From: Malacoraja senta
Taxonomy: Eukaryota
NCBI GenBank assembly: GCA_038087875.1
Contig: CM075977.1
Location: forward strand, 152,148,001-152,212,000
Direction of reading: 5' to 3'
Length of the DNA: 64,000 nt
In this document: in pieces, positions 36,776 to 50,149 of the stretch
Position numbering within the stretch: the first letter of the stretch is position 1
How the letters are laid out: each line of letters opens with the position of its first letter
Program-made: the position numbers and the translations under genes
The notes under the pieces: generated by a model
What the model saw: the letters and a program-made list of their open reading frames with translations, nothing else
Databases searched by the model: none
What the model was told of the DNA's origin: nothing

Positions 36776-39360
36776 GTAAGATTTAACAATGTATTTAAAA
36801 TAGCTTTCTAAATGATTGTCATCTTATCTGATCAGTAGGTTTGTAATCAGTATAAAAGGACACATTGTACAAAAGGACAAAGCTTTAAACTACTCTCTGT
36901 CGGTACTCTAGCATATCTTCCTCACAGATAGAAAAGAGCATTCTTTAATTTCAAATTCTTCCATGCACTGTGGCTTTCCAATTACTGTGCAATGATGCAA
37001 ATTAGGTTAGTATGCTTCAATTTCCTGTAATAAGTAACACAGGAGTAAAGGCCATGGATTTTTTTCCCTCCCATATCCTTCAATCTGTATCGGTAATTCT
37101 TGTTACTTACTCGTTCTCAGTGCTCAGCTGATTTGTTCCAGTGAAGCAGGCACTTGTGGCTTGAGAGTCTGTAGTCATAGATCAAACAATACAGATCTGT
37201 TACTATCATATTAAAAAATATATTTGTTTCTAAAACGTTATGAATGTAAATATTGTGTTAAATTTAAATTATAATTAAGGCACCAGATGTTACTGCGATA
37301 TAGATTTGAGACCACCATACTGATAGAAGGATCGTTCTCCCTGTGGATTCTTTTACTCTCCCAACCCATGTCATCCAGCCGCTACCTGTCTGATAGATAC
37401 AGGCAATCTCCGTGTAATGACACGGGGATGTCCATCAGTCTATTTTATACGTCAGAAAATGCACAAAAATCATTTGATGTGTCAACCAGACTTCTGCAAT
37501 ATTGTAATGAATAACATCAAAAGCATAAGAAAATAACAATGACTACATGTGGAAAGATAAGAGAAACTAGTTCTGCAATTTGTAGGAATGAATGTATGTA
37601 CATACGTTAGACTTTTGAATTTAACTATATTGTGGGAACTACTTCACATGTATGGATGGAAGTCCATAAATTGGGCATTCATAACCTGTACCATCATATT
37701 GGCAAAGTTAAGTGTCCAAGGACAGGGAGCTCAAATATGCATTAGACCCATTGAATATATAAACAAGGGGTCCATTGTCAATTGTCAGGTCCACACTATT
37801 CAGGATTCCCAAGCTTATCATTGCATTTTTGACAATAGGCAAGCTTTTCTATAAAAACAAAGAACAAATAGCTGTGGAGCTACATGAGCAGACGTTTTCA
37901 AATATCTCCACTGTTAACATCCTTAATGCATTCTGAAGTGAAATACACCAGCTCCTAATGGAGGAGCATCAGGTTCAAGCACTTCAAAACAAAAAACCTG
38001 CCAAAGACGCCAGGGCGCACTGCTGGTTCTGTCATAGAGTTCCCACTGTTGTCTGCCAAGATTAGAATATAAACCATATTTACACGATGCAATTGATCGT
38101 AAAATGCTCTAGCATCAAACTTTCCCAACTGCTTCACCAGGTCTGATCGTAAATCTTACAGAATGGTTAACAGAAAGGCAGGACCTGGATTGAGTTTCCC
38201 CAAGTTAGTTTGGAAAATGCTGCTTGTTCTTGCAAGATTTGGCATCTCAACCCAAACCTTGTGTTGTTGAACTTGGAATTGGAACCAAGGTGCGACATTC
38301 TCAACATTGACGTAAAGCACTTTTTACCTTCTGATAGAAAATAATTTTAATCATCTCTGAATAAATAGATCAGCCCTTATTTTTACATAGTGACAACTAG
38401 TTCTAGATTCTCTCACACAAGGAAATATCCTTTCCATATCCTTCATGTCACGATCCTTCTGAATAGTTTATTGCAAATTCCCCCATCTCTCTTCTTAACG
38501 GCAGCGTCTACAAGCCTCATCTGTGACTCTTCGTGTCCGAATTGCTTCCAAAGCATTTACATTGATATTTTGATATTTATTTAACATTTAAATATTTAAA
38601 TATGCTTCAAATAGAAAAATAAACACTGTATACTATACTCCAGGTGTGTTCTCCCTTCTGACCTATATTACTGATGCATAACCTCTCCTTTTGTATTACA
38701 TTCCCCAAACTCTGTAATTTAAAAAAACGTCTGTACTCCATCTGGCGCCAGATTCTTCCATGGATTAAGAATTACTTAAACAAAAACAGAAATTGCAGGA
38801 AATATTCAACATTTCAGGCAGCATTCATAGATTAAGAAAGCAAGTTTCAGGTCAAAGGCTCTTCAGATTTTTAGATTTTGCTTACTCAATTAGAAGAACA
38901 ATTTTCTTATCTTATTGCACCTCATACCTGATGTCCTCATGAGGTTGAATTCCAGATTTCTCTGGGCTTTCATTTCTCCAACTCCTTCAATTACAGATGG
39001 TTTTTGTGCAAAATGTGATTTGTAGCAATTTGCAGAGTTGTGCTCATTCTCCATTGAATAAAACATTTAAAATCATGTATCTTATTTTACTGAGCCCAGC
39101 AATATTTAACAGCAAAGAAGAACATTTTATTGCAACTCAAATTGCTCAAAATAAGAGTTATCGAAAGCAACAGACTGCACAAGAATGGGGCAAGAGTTAC
39201 ATTAAATAATGATTGTTAAGATTTGTCTGCAAGTAACAATATAAAATGTTTTAGATGAGTTAGTCTTTTTTTCCTCCATTTAAGACAAGATCAAATATTT
39301 GAATGATGAGGGAGGCTTTCTCTAAATTTTCACTAATATCTCATTTATTGATCTCTGTAG

Positions 39361-39480
39361 ATTTTGATGAGTGTACTTCAAGCCCCTGTACAAATGGTGA
39401 TTGTATTAACACTCCAGGCTCCTACCATTGTAAATGCCACACTGGTTTCCAGAGCACCCCCACCAAACAATCCTGCATTG
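39361..39480 (+). CDS. FBN3: Fibrillin exon, cbEGF3 (exon-12 equivalent)
   Basis: tgtag|...|gtaagt; 120 bp; [40 protein letters not shown]. Confidence 0.93.
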
Positions 39481-39744
39481 GTAAGTGATAGAACAGTCAA
39501 ACCTCTAAATATCAAAGAAAATAATGGTTAATGAAAATGTACAATAGGTGCCACAGTATTTCAGAAAAATACAGGTTTATGTTTTGGATGTTGACAGAAT
39601 TAATATGACTCACTTACCCAAGAGCAGTCAAATCAGAAGAAAGTAAATTTTTTGCTGTTGATGAATTGGTTAATTGTATGTTGTCACCTTTGGAAGCATT
39701 TTGGATGCTCTCAATCATTATAAGTTAATTGTAATGTAGAGATG

Positions 39745-39890
39745 TACAGTTGTAATCATATTAATTAGTTGCATCATGGCCTGGTTTGGCAACTCAAATG
39801 CCCAGGAACAAAGAAGATTGCAAAAAGTGGTGAAAGCTGCCCAGTCCAGCACGGGTACTGATTTCCCCTACATCAAAGGGATCTACAGGG
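39745..39890 (+). mobile_element. Rex1/Babar-like non-LTR retrotransposon fragment
   Basis: AWFGNSNAQEQRRLQKVVKAAQSSTG resembles the post-RT region of Rex1. Confidence 0.55.
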
Positions 39891-40489
39891 GGAAGGTAGT
39901 TTGGAAAGGCTCAGTGTGGTCTTATGACATTGGAACACATTGTGCCAATGTAAGTAAAGTAAAATAATTTGAAAGGGCTTATTGGACATTTGTTTAATAC
40001 AATCACACAGCAGGAATTTTATTTATAATTTCTTCAATACATAACTGTTTCTGACGAATCTCAATGTGTCATTGCTTGAAAGCATGGCTCTGCAAGTGAT
40101 TTGAAAAAACATATAAGCTGTTGAAAAATAGATTCTGAACTGCAAGGATGCTTATTTGTGCTGTGTTAAAATAGACAAAGGAAAAGTGAAGAAAAGGAAA
40201 GCAACAAAGAAAAATAAGAAAAAAATAAGTTGCTGGGACTATGAGAGAGTAAGAAAAAAATCTGAAAGCAATCATCCTTCCTTTCCTCCACTTTATTGTG
40301 AGTGCAAGGACTAGATTCTGGAGGAATGTTTTCTTAGCAAAAGGAAGCAAACATATTAATTTATCCCTGATCACAAATAAGGATGATTGGCTCAAAGGTT
40401 TCATTATATAAATTGAAATAGAATAATACCAACAATTATATGAATGCTGGAGTTGTGCATCCTTAGGTATTACAGTTGAAGTACATCTA

Positions 40490-40700
40490 CATAGAACATG
40501 GAACTGTACAGAACAGGAACAGGCCCTTTGGTCCATAATGTCTGTGCCGAACATGATACCAACTTAAACTAATCTCCTCTGCCTGCATGTGATGCATATC
40601 CCTCCATTCATTGCCTATCCATATGTCTATCTAAAAGCCACGGTGTCTGCTTCCACCACCATCTCTGGCAGTGTGTTCCAGGCACCCACCACTTCCTCAT
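40490..40700 (-). mobile_element. CR1 3' end, resuming at ~42246-42320 after a nested CR1
   Basis: RKWWVPGTHCQRWWWKQ-type CR1 3' sequence; continues atatctccttcaaacc...accctgggaaaa. Confidence 0.7.
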
Positions 40701-40739
40701 GAATGTATGGAGATAGATAGGCACGTGAAGGTACATAAA

Positions 40740-42245
40740 TCTCTTGGATTTGATCAAATATATCTGAGGGCACTGGAAAGCTAGAGAAGAAATTGCAGAT
40801 GCCCTGGATGAGATATATGAATCACCTTTACACACAGGTGAGGTGCTGGAAGATGGGAGGGTGGCTCATGTTATGCCTCTATTTAAGATGGGTTGCAAGC
40901 CTAGGAACTATAGAACAATGAGTCTAACATCTATGGTAGGCAAGTTACTGGAAAGAATTCTGAGGGATATGATATAGATGTGATTGGATAGACGGGCTGA
41001 TTAGGGATCGTCAGTATCGTTTTGTACATGAGAGACTGTGTCTTGCAAATCTGAGTTTTGTGAAGAAGTAACCAAAAAGGTTGATGAAGGCAAAGCCATA
41101 GATGTTGTCTATGGGGACTTCAGCAAGCCATTTGATAAGATAGTCTGCTCTGGAAGGTTGGATTGCATGGGATCCAGATAGAGCTAGATGACTGGATAGA
41201 GAATTAGCTCCATGTAAGAAAGCAGAGAGTGATGGCAGAAGGTTGTTTTTCGGACTTAAGGCCTGTGACTAGTAGTGTACTTCAGGGATACGTGCTGGGA
41301 CCATTGCTGTTTGTGCTTTATATCAATGATTTGGATTAAAATGTAGAAGGCATAATTAGTAAGTTTGCAGATGGCACTAAAGTGGATGGTATTGTAGATA
41401 GCGAAGATGGTTATCAAAATTTACAGCAGGATCTTGATCCGTTGGGTAAGTGGGCTGAGGAATGGTTAATGGAGTTTAGTGCACTTAAGTGCGAGGTGTT
41501 GCATTTTGCAAAGTCAAACCTAGGCAGGATCTTCACAGTAAATGGCGGGGCCCTGGAGAGTGCTGTAGAACAGAAGAATCTCGGAGTGCAGGTACTTTCC
41601 TTGAAAGTGGCACCATAGGTAGATAAAAAGGCTTTTAGTATATTGGCCTTCACCAGTCAGCGTATTGAGTATTGGGATGTTATGTCGCAGTCATACAAGA
41701 TGTTGGCGAGGCAGCATTTGGATTATTGTGTTCATTTTTAGTCACCCTGCTATAGGGTGGATGTTGTTAAGCTGGAAAGAGTGCAGAGAAGATTTACGAG
41801 GATGTTGCTAGACTTGAGGGCCTGAGCTGAAGGGAAAGGTGGGACAGGCTAGGACTTTATTCCTTGGAGCGCAAAAGGATGAGAGATGATTTTAAATAAA
41901 TTCATAAGATCATGAGGGGAATAGATAGGGTAAATGCACAAGGTAGTTTATCCAGAGTAGGGGAATCAAAAACAAGGGCTCATAGGCTTAAGGTGAGAGG
42001 GGAAAGATTTAATAAGAACCTGAGGGGCAACTCTTTCTGCACAGAGGGTGGTGAGTATATGGAATGAGCTGCCAGAGGAGCTATTTGTGGCAGGTACTAT
42101 AACAGCATTTAAAAGTATATGGATGGGAAAGGTTTAGAGGGGGCGTGGGCTAAATGCAGGTATGTGGGACGGGGCATCTTGGTTGGCATGGGCAAGTTGA
42201 GCCGAAGGGCCTTTTTCCATGCTCTATGACTGTGACTCTATGACA
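40740..42245 (+). mobile_element. 5'-truncated decayed CR1 (RT to 3' tail)
   Basis: LQQDLDPLGKWAEEWLMEFSALKCEVLHF; ctctatgac tail. Confidence 0.88.
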
Positions 42246-42744
42246 TATCTCCTTCAAACCTTTTCTCTCTCAACTTAAAGCTATGTCGCTAGTCTTTGAC
42301 ATTTCCACCCTGGGAAAATTAGTATAGTAGGCTTAAGTTATGTTGAGTCTTTGAGGCAGAATGTAATGAAAAGATCAATATTCCCTGTTGATATAGAGAG
42401 GCAGCTTTCTACATAACAAAATTCAACTTAATTCCCATTACCAGAAGTAATGTCTAAAATATGATCTGTGAAACAACAGAATCTTCATTAAATTGTACAG
42501 TACATAACGGAGGAGTTAGATATTGTCTTTGCTAATCCTTTCTGTTGAAGCTCTTGGGTAACATGCAATTAATGTGTTACAAAAGAATATCACAAAGGTA
42601 TTTTCTAAGGTAAATAAGCTGAACTCATCCAGCTTTGCATTATGTTTGGTATAGTTGCAGTGGTTGAAAAGTGTATTTGCAGTGATTTTTGTGAGTTTCA
42701 CACATTTACAAGTTTATGTCTTGTTCTATACCGTCTCTTTTCAG

Positions 42745-42870
42745 ATATTGATGAGTGCATTCACAATGGACTTCTTTGCAAAAATGGTCGTTGTGTGAAC
42801 ACGGATGGAAGCTTCCAATGTATTTGTCATGCTGGCTTTGAACTGACTCCAGATGGAAAAAATTGCATTG
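42745..42870 (+). CDS. FBN3: Fibrillin exon, cbEGF4 (exon-13 equivalent)
   Basis: ttcag|...|gtaaaa; 126 bp; [42 protein letters not shown]. Confidence 0.93.
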
Positions 42871-43274
42871 GTAAAAAGATGATTTCAGTTCAATGTAATA
42901 TTAATGAAAATGCATACTTGTTTCCTATCAGATATAGCAATGATAAATAATTTTTCAAATTGCTATTTATTATAAATTACTGTTAGAAATTACATTACAA
43001 CACATGTGACTGATTAATCATTTCTAAAATTAATTAATATGAGGAAATTAAGTGAACCACATCCCATCATTTAACTATACCATCCAGGTCAGTGACACCA
43101 TTCAAATGAGTATTGCTGCTCAAAATATACTAAATGCAGCCAATATAGAGTTGAGGGACAGGTATGAAATGTATCCAGTCCTTCAGTTCAGTAAGAAGGA
43201 AGCTTAAACAAAATAATCACTGTGATATCATTAAATGCTATTGAGAACTAATGATTGCTTTTCATTTTCTATAG

Positions 43275-43397
43275 ATCATGATGAGTGTGCCACCACCAAC
43301 ATGTGTCTAAATGGCATGTGCATCAATGAAGATGGAAGTTTCAAGTGCATTTGCAAGCCTGGTTTTGTGCTGGCACCAAATGGACGATATTGTGTTG
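43275..43397 (+). CDS. FBN3: Fibrillin exon, cbEGF5 (exon-14 equivalent)
   Basis: tatag|...|gtaaga; 123 bp; [41 protein letters not shown]. Confidence 0.93.
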
Positions 43398-44505
43398 GTA
43401 AGAAGCAAAATGAAATAAAAACATTTGTTTATGGTTCAGGGGATGGATTTCAATTATTAGATGGTCACAAAAGAAATAAGTTGCAAAGAAGTTCAGATAA
43501 AGAGCAAAATAGGAATTTTCAACTTAAAGTAGAAGAACATTTCCGAGTTGTCCTTCCAATGCCAGAAGGTACAAATTCATAGCTTTACAATTTTCTCAAT
43601 GGCTACTGGTGAGACATGGTGGAATGGAAGCTATTGTATGTGGAAATACAAAAGATGTTTCGCAAGTGACTGTAATGAGTCAATGTGAGGATAGTTTTTA
43701 AATATACTACTAATAATAAAGCTTAACTTATTATGCAAATTGTATGATATAATGCTAGCAAGTTATAATAAAGGTCCTGTTTACAATGAACTATCAAAAT
43801 CAATTTTTAAAAAAAAGTTAGAAAGATGAAATGAATGGCATAGTAGAAACTGAAAAAAATGAAGAAAATTATTTGAGTTACAATTAAAAGTGGTAAGAAT
43901 GAAACTCCAGATTCTTAGAACTCAAATCTCAATGCTAGAATGGTTGTTTGGCACTATTTAAGAGAAAGCATACCTTTAAAGTAGGTAATCGGAACAAAAT
44001 GGACAAGGCATAACTTTCTATGATGCAATTAACTCATTTTTACAATGCAAACACAGATACTTAAGTATTGCAAACTATTACCTTGTGTATCCTCAATAAA
44101 TAAATTGTAGGTTTGCCTCTATTACAAAAAGGTTTGGAATATGAAAGGAAAAAAATATTTTTGCAATTATATAATGTCTACAACTGGTGTTATTATTGAG
44201 AAACCATTCAGAAAGGAAGGTAAAGGTAAAAATTGAGCCCACCTGAAGAATACTGCAACACTTCCAATTTACATGTATATAGATTATGCTTTCAATTTTT
44301 TTTCTAATAGTGTAAGAGCAAAATGTGCCTGACTTTCATTTAAAAACTATTGTTTAACTAAAAGGGAATAGAACATCCTGGGATTAAGGAAGGAAATCGT
44401 TTTTTTAATGTTAGGAATAGAACACCTGCTACCATACTGTTATTGTTGTGTCAGCTAAAATAATGACATTGAGAATTAGATGACTTTTCATATTTCTCTG
44501 TTCAG

Positions 44506-44628
44506 ACATTGATGAATGCCAGAAACCTGGAATCTGTATGAACGGCCGATGCCTCAACACTGAAGGCTCTTTCAGGTGTGAGTGCCCCCGAGGCCTGGCT
44601 GTTGGTGTAGATGGGCGGGTTTGTGTCG
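44506..44628 (+). CDS. FBN3: Fibrillin exon, cbEGF6 (exon-15 equivalent)
   Basis: ttcag|...|gtaaga; 123 bp; [41 protein letters not shown]. Confidence 0.93.
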
Positions 44629-45720
44629 GTAAGAAAGACTTTATAATTCCAGACAGAGACCTGAGGAAGAACAGTTATAACACATCTGGTTGTCATTCTC
44701 TATTCTTTCATGGGATGCCAGAATTCATGTTTCAGATATTCTGGGAATTCAAATCGCTTTGGAAATGGGAAATCCTTTAAATTTAGGCTTAAACTATTAG
44801 AATGCAATCAGACCTATACATCAGAGAGATCTAAATGTTTGAATTAAAAAGCTCAGTCAGTCTGATGTAAGCATAATTGAACCTTTTGGCATGCTGAATA
44901 ATTTACTTATTTGTAGATTATCACAGATAAAGCGAACAAAATGAACTATGAATTATTTATAGTCTGCTTACCTTCATTGCCCTTTAGTTATGAATAGAAA
45001 ACTCAAGACTGGCCATTTAACTTGCATTCTAAATCAATAATGAAAACTAAATTGCATGTTAGTTTTGTTCTGTACTGCTGTTTAATCATATTAGATTTGC
45101 ATACCATGTCACAAGTTAGTTAGTGCCCAAAATATGATTTAAATAATGTTATAATCTAAATCTTGTAATTCAACTGCAAATTAACATGTGGTATCAAATA
45201 TTTAAGAACATCTCAGGGGTCTTGCCACCAGATTCTTGGAAACAATTATTTTGTGTGACTGATAGAAAAATCAAGGTAGGCATATGGAATCAAGCACACT
45301 GGATTTTATTAATTCATACCTTAGTAATAGCACCATAACCAAAATTCCTGAGCTTAGACATTGGACATATCTGTACTCTGCCTACGAAAGTCCTATCCTT
45401 TAGGAAACTGAACTAAGCATTTCCGGATGCAGTTATTCTTCGCATTTCCTGAATGTCATTCATGCTCATTTGTTAATTAATCAAAATACACAATCATTTT
45501 ATAAATAGTGTGTAAAATGTACATAAAATGACATCTCAAACTCTCGGGAGAAGGGAGGGAGGAGCAAATTGCAGAAAAAATGCACAGGCAGACATTATTG
45601 TGGTGTCCCCATTGGGCAGCAGTTTTATGCTTTCTCACTATGTCTGCTTGAATGAACAACGATGGCAATGACGGAGATGCCCCCTTTAAAGAATGATAGG
45701 TGCATGTCCGTGTGCGCTTA

Positions 45721-46520
45721 TGCCCCTTTCCCACTGAGGAAACCTGAACGGAAATCTCTGGAGACCTTGCGCCCCACCCAAGGTTTCCGTGATGTTCCCA
45801 GAAGTTCCGGTCACTCTCCATGAGTCACCAGAGGTTTTGTCACTTGCCTGGAAAGCCTCGACCGAAGCGTGAGCTGCATCTACTGATCAAAGATCCTATA
45901 GGATCATTGCTACCGACCGCACACACACACACACACACACAAACACATCGCAAAGGTGGGGGCCAGGGACAGCAGAGGAGCGATGTGCGCGATGAAGAGG
46001 AAGGTAACCGGCTGCCACAGAGCATGGTAAATCCTTTAGAGAGCGCGGGAGGGAGGGAGAGAAGGACAGAGAAAGGGAGAGAGAAGGGGAAGAGAACGGG
46101 GGGGGGGGGGGGGAAGAAGGAGTGGAGACAGTTTTAAGAATTTTAATAAAGTTAGCGGGCATTTTACCTTCCGGCGGATCTTCTAGGTCCTGAAAACCAA
46201 AGATCCGATAGGATCTTTGCTGAAAACTCCAATGAGCCAATCAAAATGGCCGGTCAGTGGGTCAGCGAAGGAGATTGCCTTCGACTGCCTGTAAGTAAAT
46301 AGCAACCCCACTCCACTGGCTTCGACCAAACAGCAACCTATTTTTAGTCGAGGCTGGTTTTGGTTTTTTTGAAATAATCGCAGGAACATAGAAGAAGCCT
46401 CGACTAGGCAGAACCCACTTTCCACCATTAGGGAGAGTGACCGGAACCTCACGGAAACCTTGGGTGGGACGCAAGATCTCCAGAGGTTTCTGTTCAGGTT
46501 TCCTAAGTGGGACAGAGGCA
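45721..46520. mobile_element. Harbinger-like non-autonomous element with ~100-bp imperfect TIRs
   Basis: tgcccctttcccactgaggaaacctgaac... / ...gttcaggtttcctaagtgggacagaggca; flanks TTA / TAA. Confidence 0.75.
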
Positions 46521-47872
46521 TAAGTCTCCAACAGCAAGACTGGTATAATGAACTAGGACTCTGCAGGGTAGGTGCCAATGTAAGCTTATGCCTATTCTCT
46601 TCCATAGAGATGCCTCTTTTTAAGGTTCTGACCTACTTTCCTTTAGACTTGGTAGCAATGATGCAGATGCTTCAATTCTGTGAGGAGGTGCTGTTCTGAA
46701 CCACATGTTATGGGCATCAACATGGGCAGGCGAGGGAGGTGAATTATCCCAGTTTTGTTTTGAGATAAATTTCACCAAAGGTACATTTCACCAATTTATC
46801 CATTTTTAGCAGGGTCTCTTTTTGGCTTAAGAGCAAAACATATCCATGTATTTACTGAGCCAAATATGGGTGGAATGCAAATTCTCACCTTTTGGGAAAT
46901 AATTTGGCTTCTCTAATTTCCCATAATGCCACATAATATAAATGTACTCCCCTTTGATATTACAATTTTGATAGTCTGCTGTGTGAGGTAGAGCACTAAA
47001 GTTAACTAGTGCAAGGAACTTCTGGCTTGACAATGTGAGGCCAGAAAACAAGCACAGCATATGAAGTGAGAGGAGTTACTGGAATTGTAACACTTAATGG
47101 GTTGAAGCAATATTTGGAGGATGTCTTAATTTTCCCCAACGTGTTATTTGGAACTGTAAAAGTTGAACCAGATGTCTAATGGCTGCAAAAGGTCAGAGTC
47201 CCAGGAGAGACTTCAGGATCTGTCATATGTGGTTTAACATTCTCCTGTTTTACTCTTTGGGAATTTGTTAAAGGCTTGTTTTGACTCGTTTTGTTTAGCC
47301 TGTAATGTTTTACACAAACTATAAAAATAAATCCATTAATATTCACAGCTTGTTTTCAGTATATTTAAAAAATGCCAGCGAGATCTAGGGTTCTCTGCAC
47401 GTATTTTCATCAGTATGAACGTTTTCCACTGTTCATCAAATATACTGTGATCTCAATCTTTTCTAAAAAAAATAAGAATAAAATAGAACTAAGTGTCAAC
47501 TCTGTTTAAGTGATCAATAGTTATGGAACAATTGAAGTCTGGAGTTATAATAATACTGTAAGCTCAGCAATGTTTTCACTATCAGTTCAGAGGGAGAACA
47601 GTGAATTATAGCTCAGGAAAGTATTTGTGTTTCCGATACATTGTTTGCACAAGTGCTGTGTGTTTGAAGCTTCTCATTTGTCCTTTTGACACTACTTGGA
47701 TGCTCCCTGTCTCCAGCGCCATAGTTATGTCTTGACAACTAGTGCATTGAACAGGGCTTTGATAAACATTTTTAACTTCAAAAGGAGAGGTTTCTAACTT
47801 GAGTTCCAGACATAATGAGTAGCATCCAAGGTCTTTGAATGCCTCTTTACAGTGTTTTTTTAATCGTTTTAG

Positions 47873-48025
47873 ATACCCACATGCGCAGCACATGCTATGG
47901 AGGAATTAAGAAAGGACTGTGTATCCGCCCATTCTCTGGAGCAGTGACAAAATCAGAATGCTGCTGTGCAAGTCTGGATAATGGATTTGGAGAGCCATGT
48001 CAGCCCTGCCCAGCGAAAAACTCAG
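47873..48025 (+). CDS. FBN3: Fibrillin exon, TB2 first part (exon-16 equivalent)
   Basis: tttag|...|gtatat; 153 bp; [51 protein letters not shown]. Confidence 0.93.
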
Positions 48026-49200
48026 GTATATTTTCATTTTGGCAGGATACCAAAAAAACAGGGATTTAAATAAAGGTGGAAATATTGCACCAGTGCCTAA
48101 TTCCACTATCTATGAATATACTCAGAAAGTGTTTCAGTGGTCACAGTATATTAAACATTGGGTTCCAGGCATGATGGCACCAAGTGCTGCAAATCTTTCA
48201 CCATTAACTCAACTCGGTGATGCACATAGAAACCTTGAATGTTAGTCCAAGTTGGAAGGACTGTCTTAGTCCGCACAAATATTTATCGCACTCTCTTTGT
48301 GTTGAGTACGAATAAACAAATTATGCAAATTAATGTATATTTAAAACTTCCATTTAGTTTTAGTTTGTTCTGATTCTTGAAGCAATCTGGAAATCAGAAA
48401 ATAATGACTTTATGGAAAGAAATGTAAATATTTTGTTCTCAGTTATATTAATAAATAAATTTTAAACTTTTTTACTAGATTAACCAGGGGTGATAATATA
48501 ACTTTAAAGTGTGGATTGTAATTTATTTTTCCATTGAATGGCTCCTGAAGTCTGCAGATTATTCACCAATGCTCATGGCCCAATCTCTTGTTCACCAAGG
48601 CATGTCTATAAATATTCACCCTAAATATTCTGGGGGGTTTTAAACTAGATCTTCATTAATTAATAAAGCTTGTTCAGGGTTATTTTAGGAAATAGCTATA
48701 TTAATCCTGCGTTTAAGAGTGCACCTTTTCCTGACGGATCCATTAAAACATACCGTGCAAGGGGAATGCTACAGGCTGGTTTATTACTTGATTAACTTAA
48801 TCAAGGTATCCCCTACTTATTCTTGATAAACTGCCCACATAGAGTTCCTTTCACAGCCAGAGGTGGCCCTGACTGAGCCTGTTCAGCTAAAGAGCTTCTG
48901 TAAAGATGATGGCAATGCTGCAAACCTACTGACCATTCCTGGATAATGAACAGGTTCTGTTTTTACAGAAGTCCATGAGTCGTTTTGTCCATAAGTCGGG
49001 AAGTGCACAAAAAATCACGATAAGATAACCATATGATAACCAAATGCCAACCTTATCATAATGACAGGCATCAATAGCGCATAAGAGTAATAAGCAAGAA
49101 CAGTTACTAAAAGTGGAGAGAGACAAGAAACTAATTCTGCCATTCATAGCAATAAACAAATGTATTATTAGTTTTATGTCTAAAACAAAAGTCTATGTAT

Positions 49201-49690
49201 AGACTAAGCGGAGGCTTGGCGATCGTTTCACCGAACACCTCCGGTCGGTCCGCAATGGCCAACCTGACCTCCCGGTAGCTCAGCACTTCAACTCCCCCTC
49301 CCATTCCGTATCTGACCTCTCTGTCCTGGGTCTCCTCCATGGCCACAGCGAGGAACACCGTAAATTGGAGGAAATGCACCTCATATTCCGCTTGGGCAGT
49401 CTGCATCCTGGGGGCTTGAACATTGAATTCTCCCAATTCTGCTAGCCCTTGCTGTCCCCTCCCCTTCATCAGCCCTCTGGTTGTCTCCTCCCCTCCCCCA
49501 GCCCTCGGGCTCCTCCTCCGCCTTTTTCCTTTTTTCCTTTCTTCTCCCCACCCCCTATCAGTCTGAAGAAGGGTTTCGGCCCGAAACGTTGCCTATTTCC
49601 TTCGCTCCATAGATGCTGCTGCACCCGCTGAGTTTCTCCAGCATTTTTGTGTACCTTCGATTTTCCAGCATCTGCAGTTCCTTCTTTAAC
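49201..49690 (+). mobile_element. 5'-truncated Penelope-like retroelement: GIY-YIG endonuclease C-terminus plus terminal repeat
   Basis: TKRRLGDRFTEHLRSVRNGQPDLPVAQHFNSPSHSVSDLSVLGLLHGHSEEHRKLEEMHLIFRLGSLHPGGLNIEFSQFC-stop, then a pyrimidine tract and the hammerhead-containing tail. Confidence 0.88.
49563..49593 (+). ncRNA. Minimal hammerhead ribozyme-like motif in the PLE terminal repeat
   Basis: CUGAAGA-A-GGGU-UUCG-GCCC-GAAAC-GUU; helix III reduced to palindromic ACGU; helix I weak. Confidence 0.65.
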
Positions 49691-50149
49691 AAATGTATAT
49701 ACGTCTGATTTTTTAAATTTAAGAAATATTATGGGAGTTTGTTTATATGCCGGGGTGTCATGTCAGGTGTCATAACCTGAATATGGCCTAGATAGTCACT
49801 GGTGCAGTTTTATTATGTACTCTAGCTCCATGTAAGGATACAGTGCTCATGTTAGGTTGAAGACAGAATGAAGGTTGTCAATAATGTTACACAGCTCTGT
49901 AAACTCTTAGAGGAGACATAACAAATATTCCCAATAATATCAATGATTTTCATAGGCTGAAATTAATAAAAATCTCTGATTTATGGTTATTTCCACATTT
50001 TCATTTAGCATAAATATAACTGCTTGTCCATATTGCAGCTCCATCATTGTTACTCATACGTCTGGGTCTGTTTATTGATTATTGTGTTCTGTGATTCTTT
50101 CTGTGTATTATCCATTTATTGCATATTTAAAAGACAATGACACATAATG

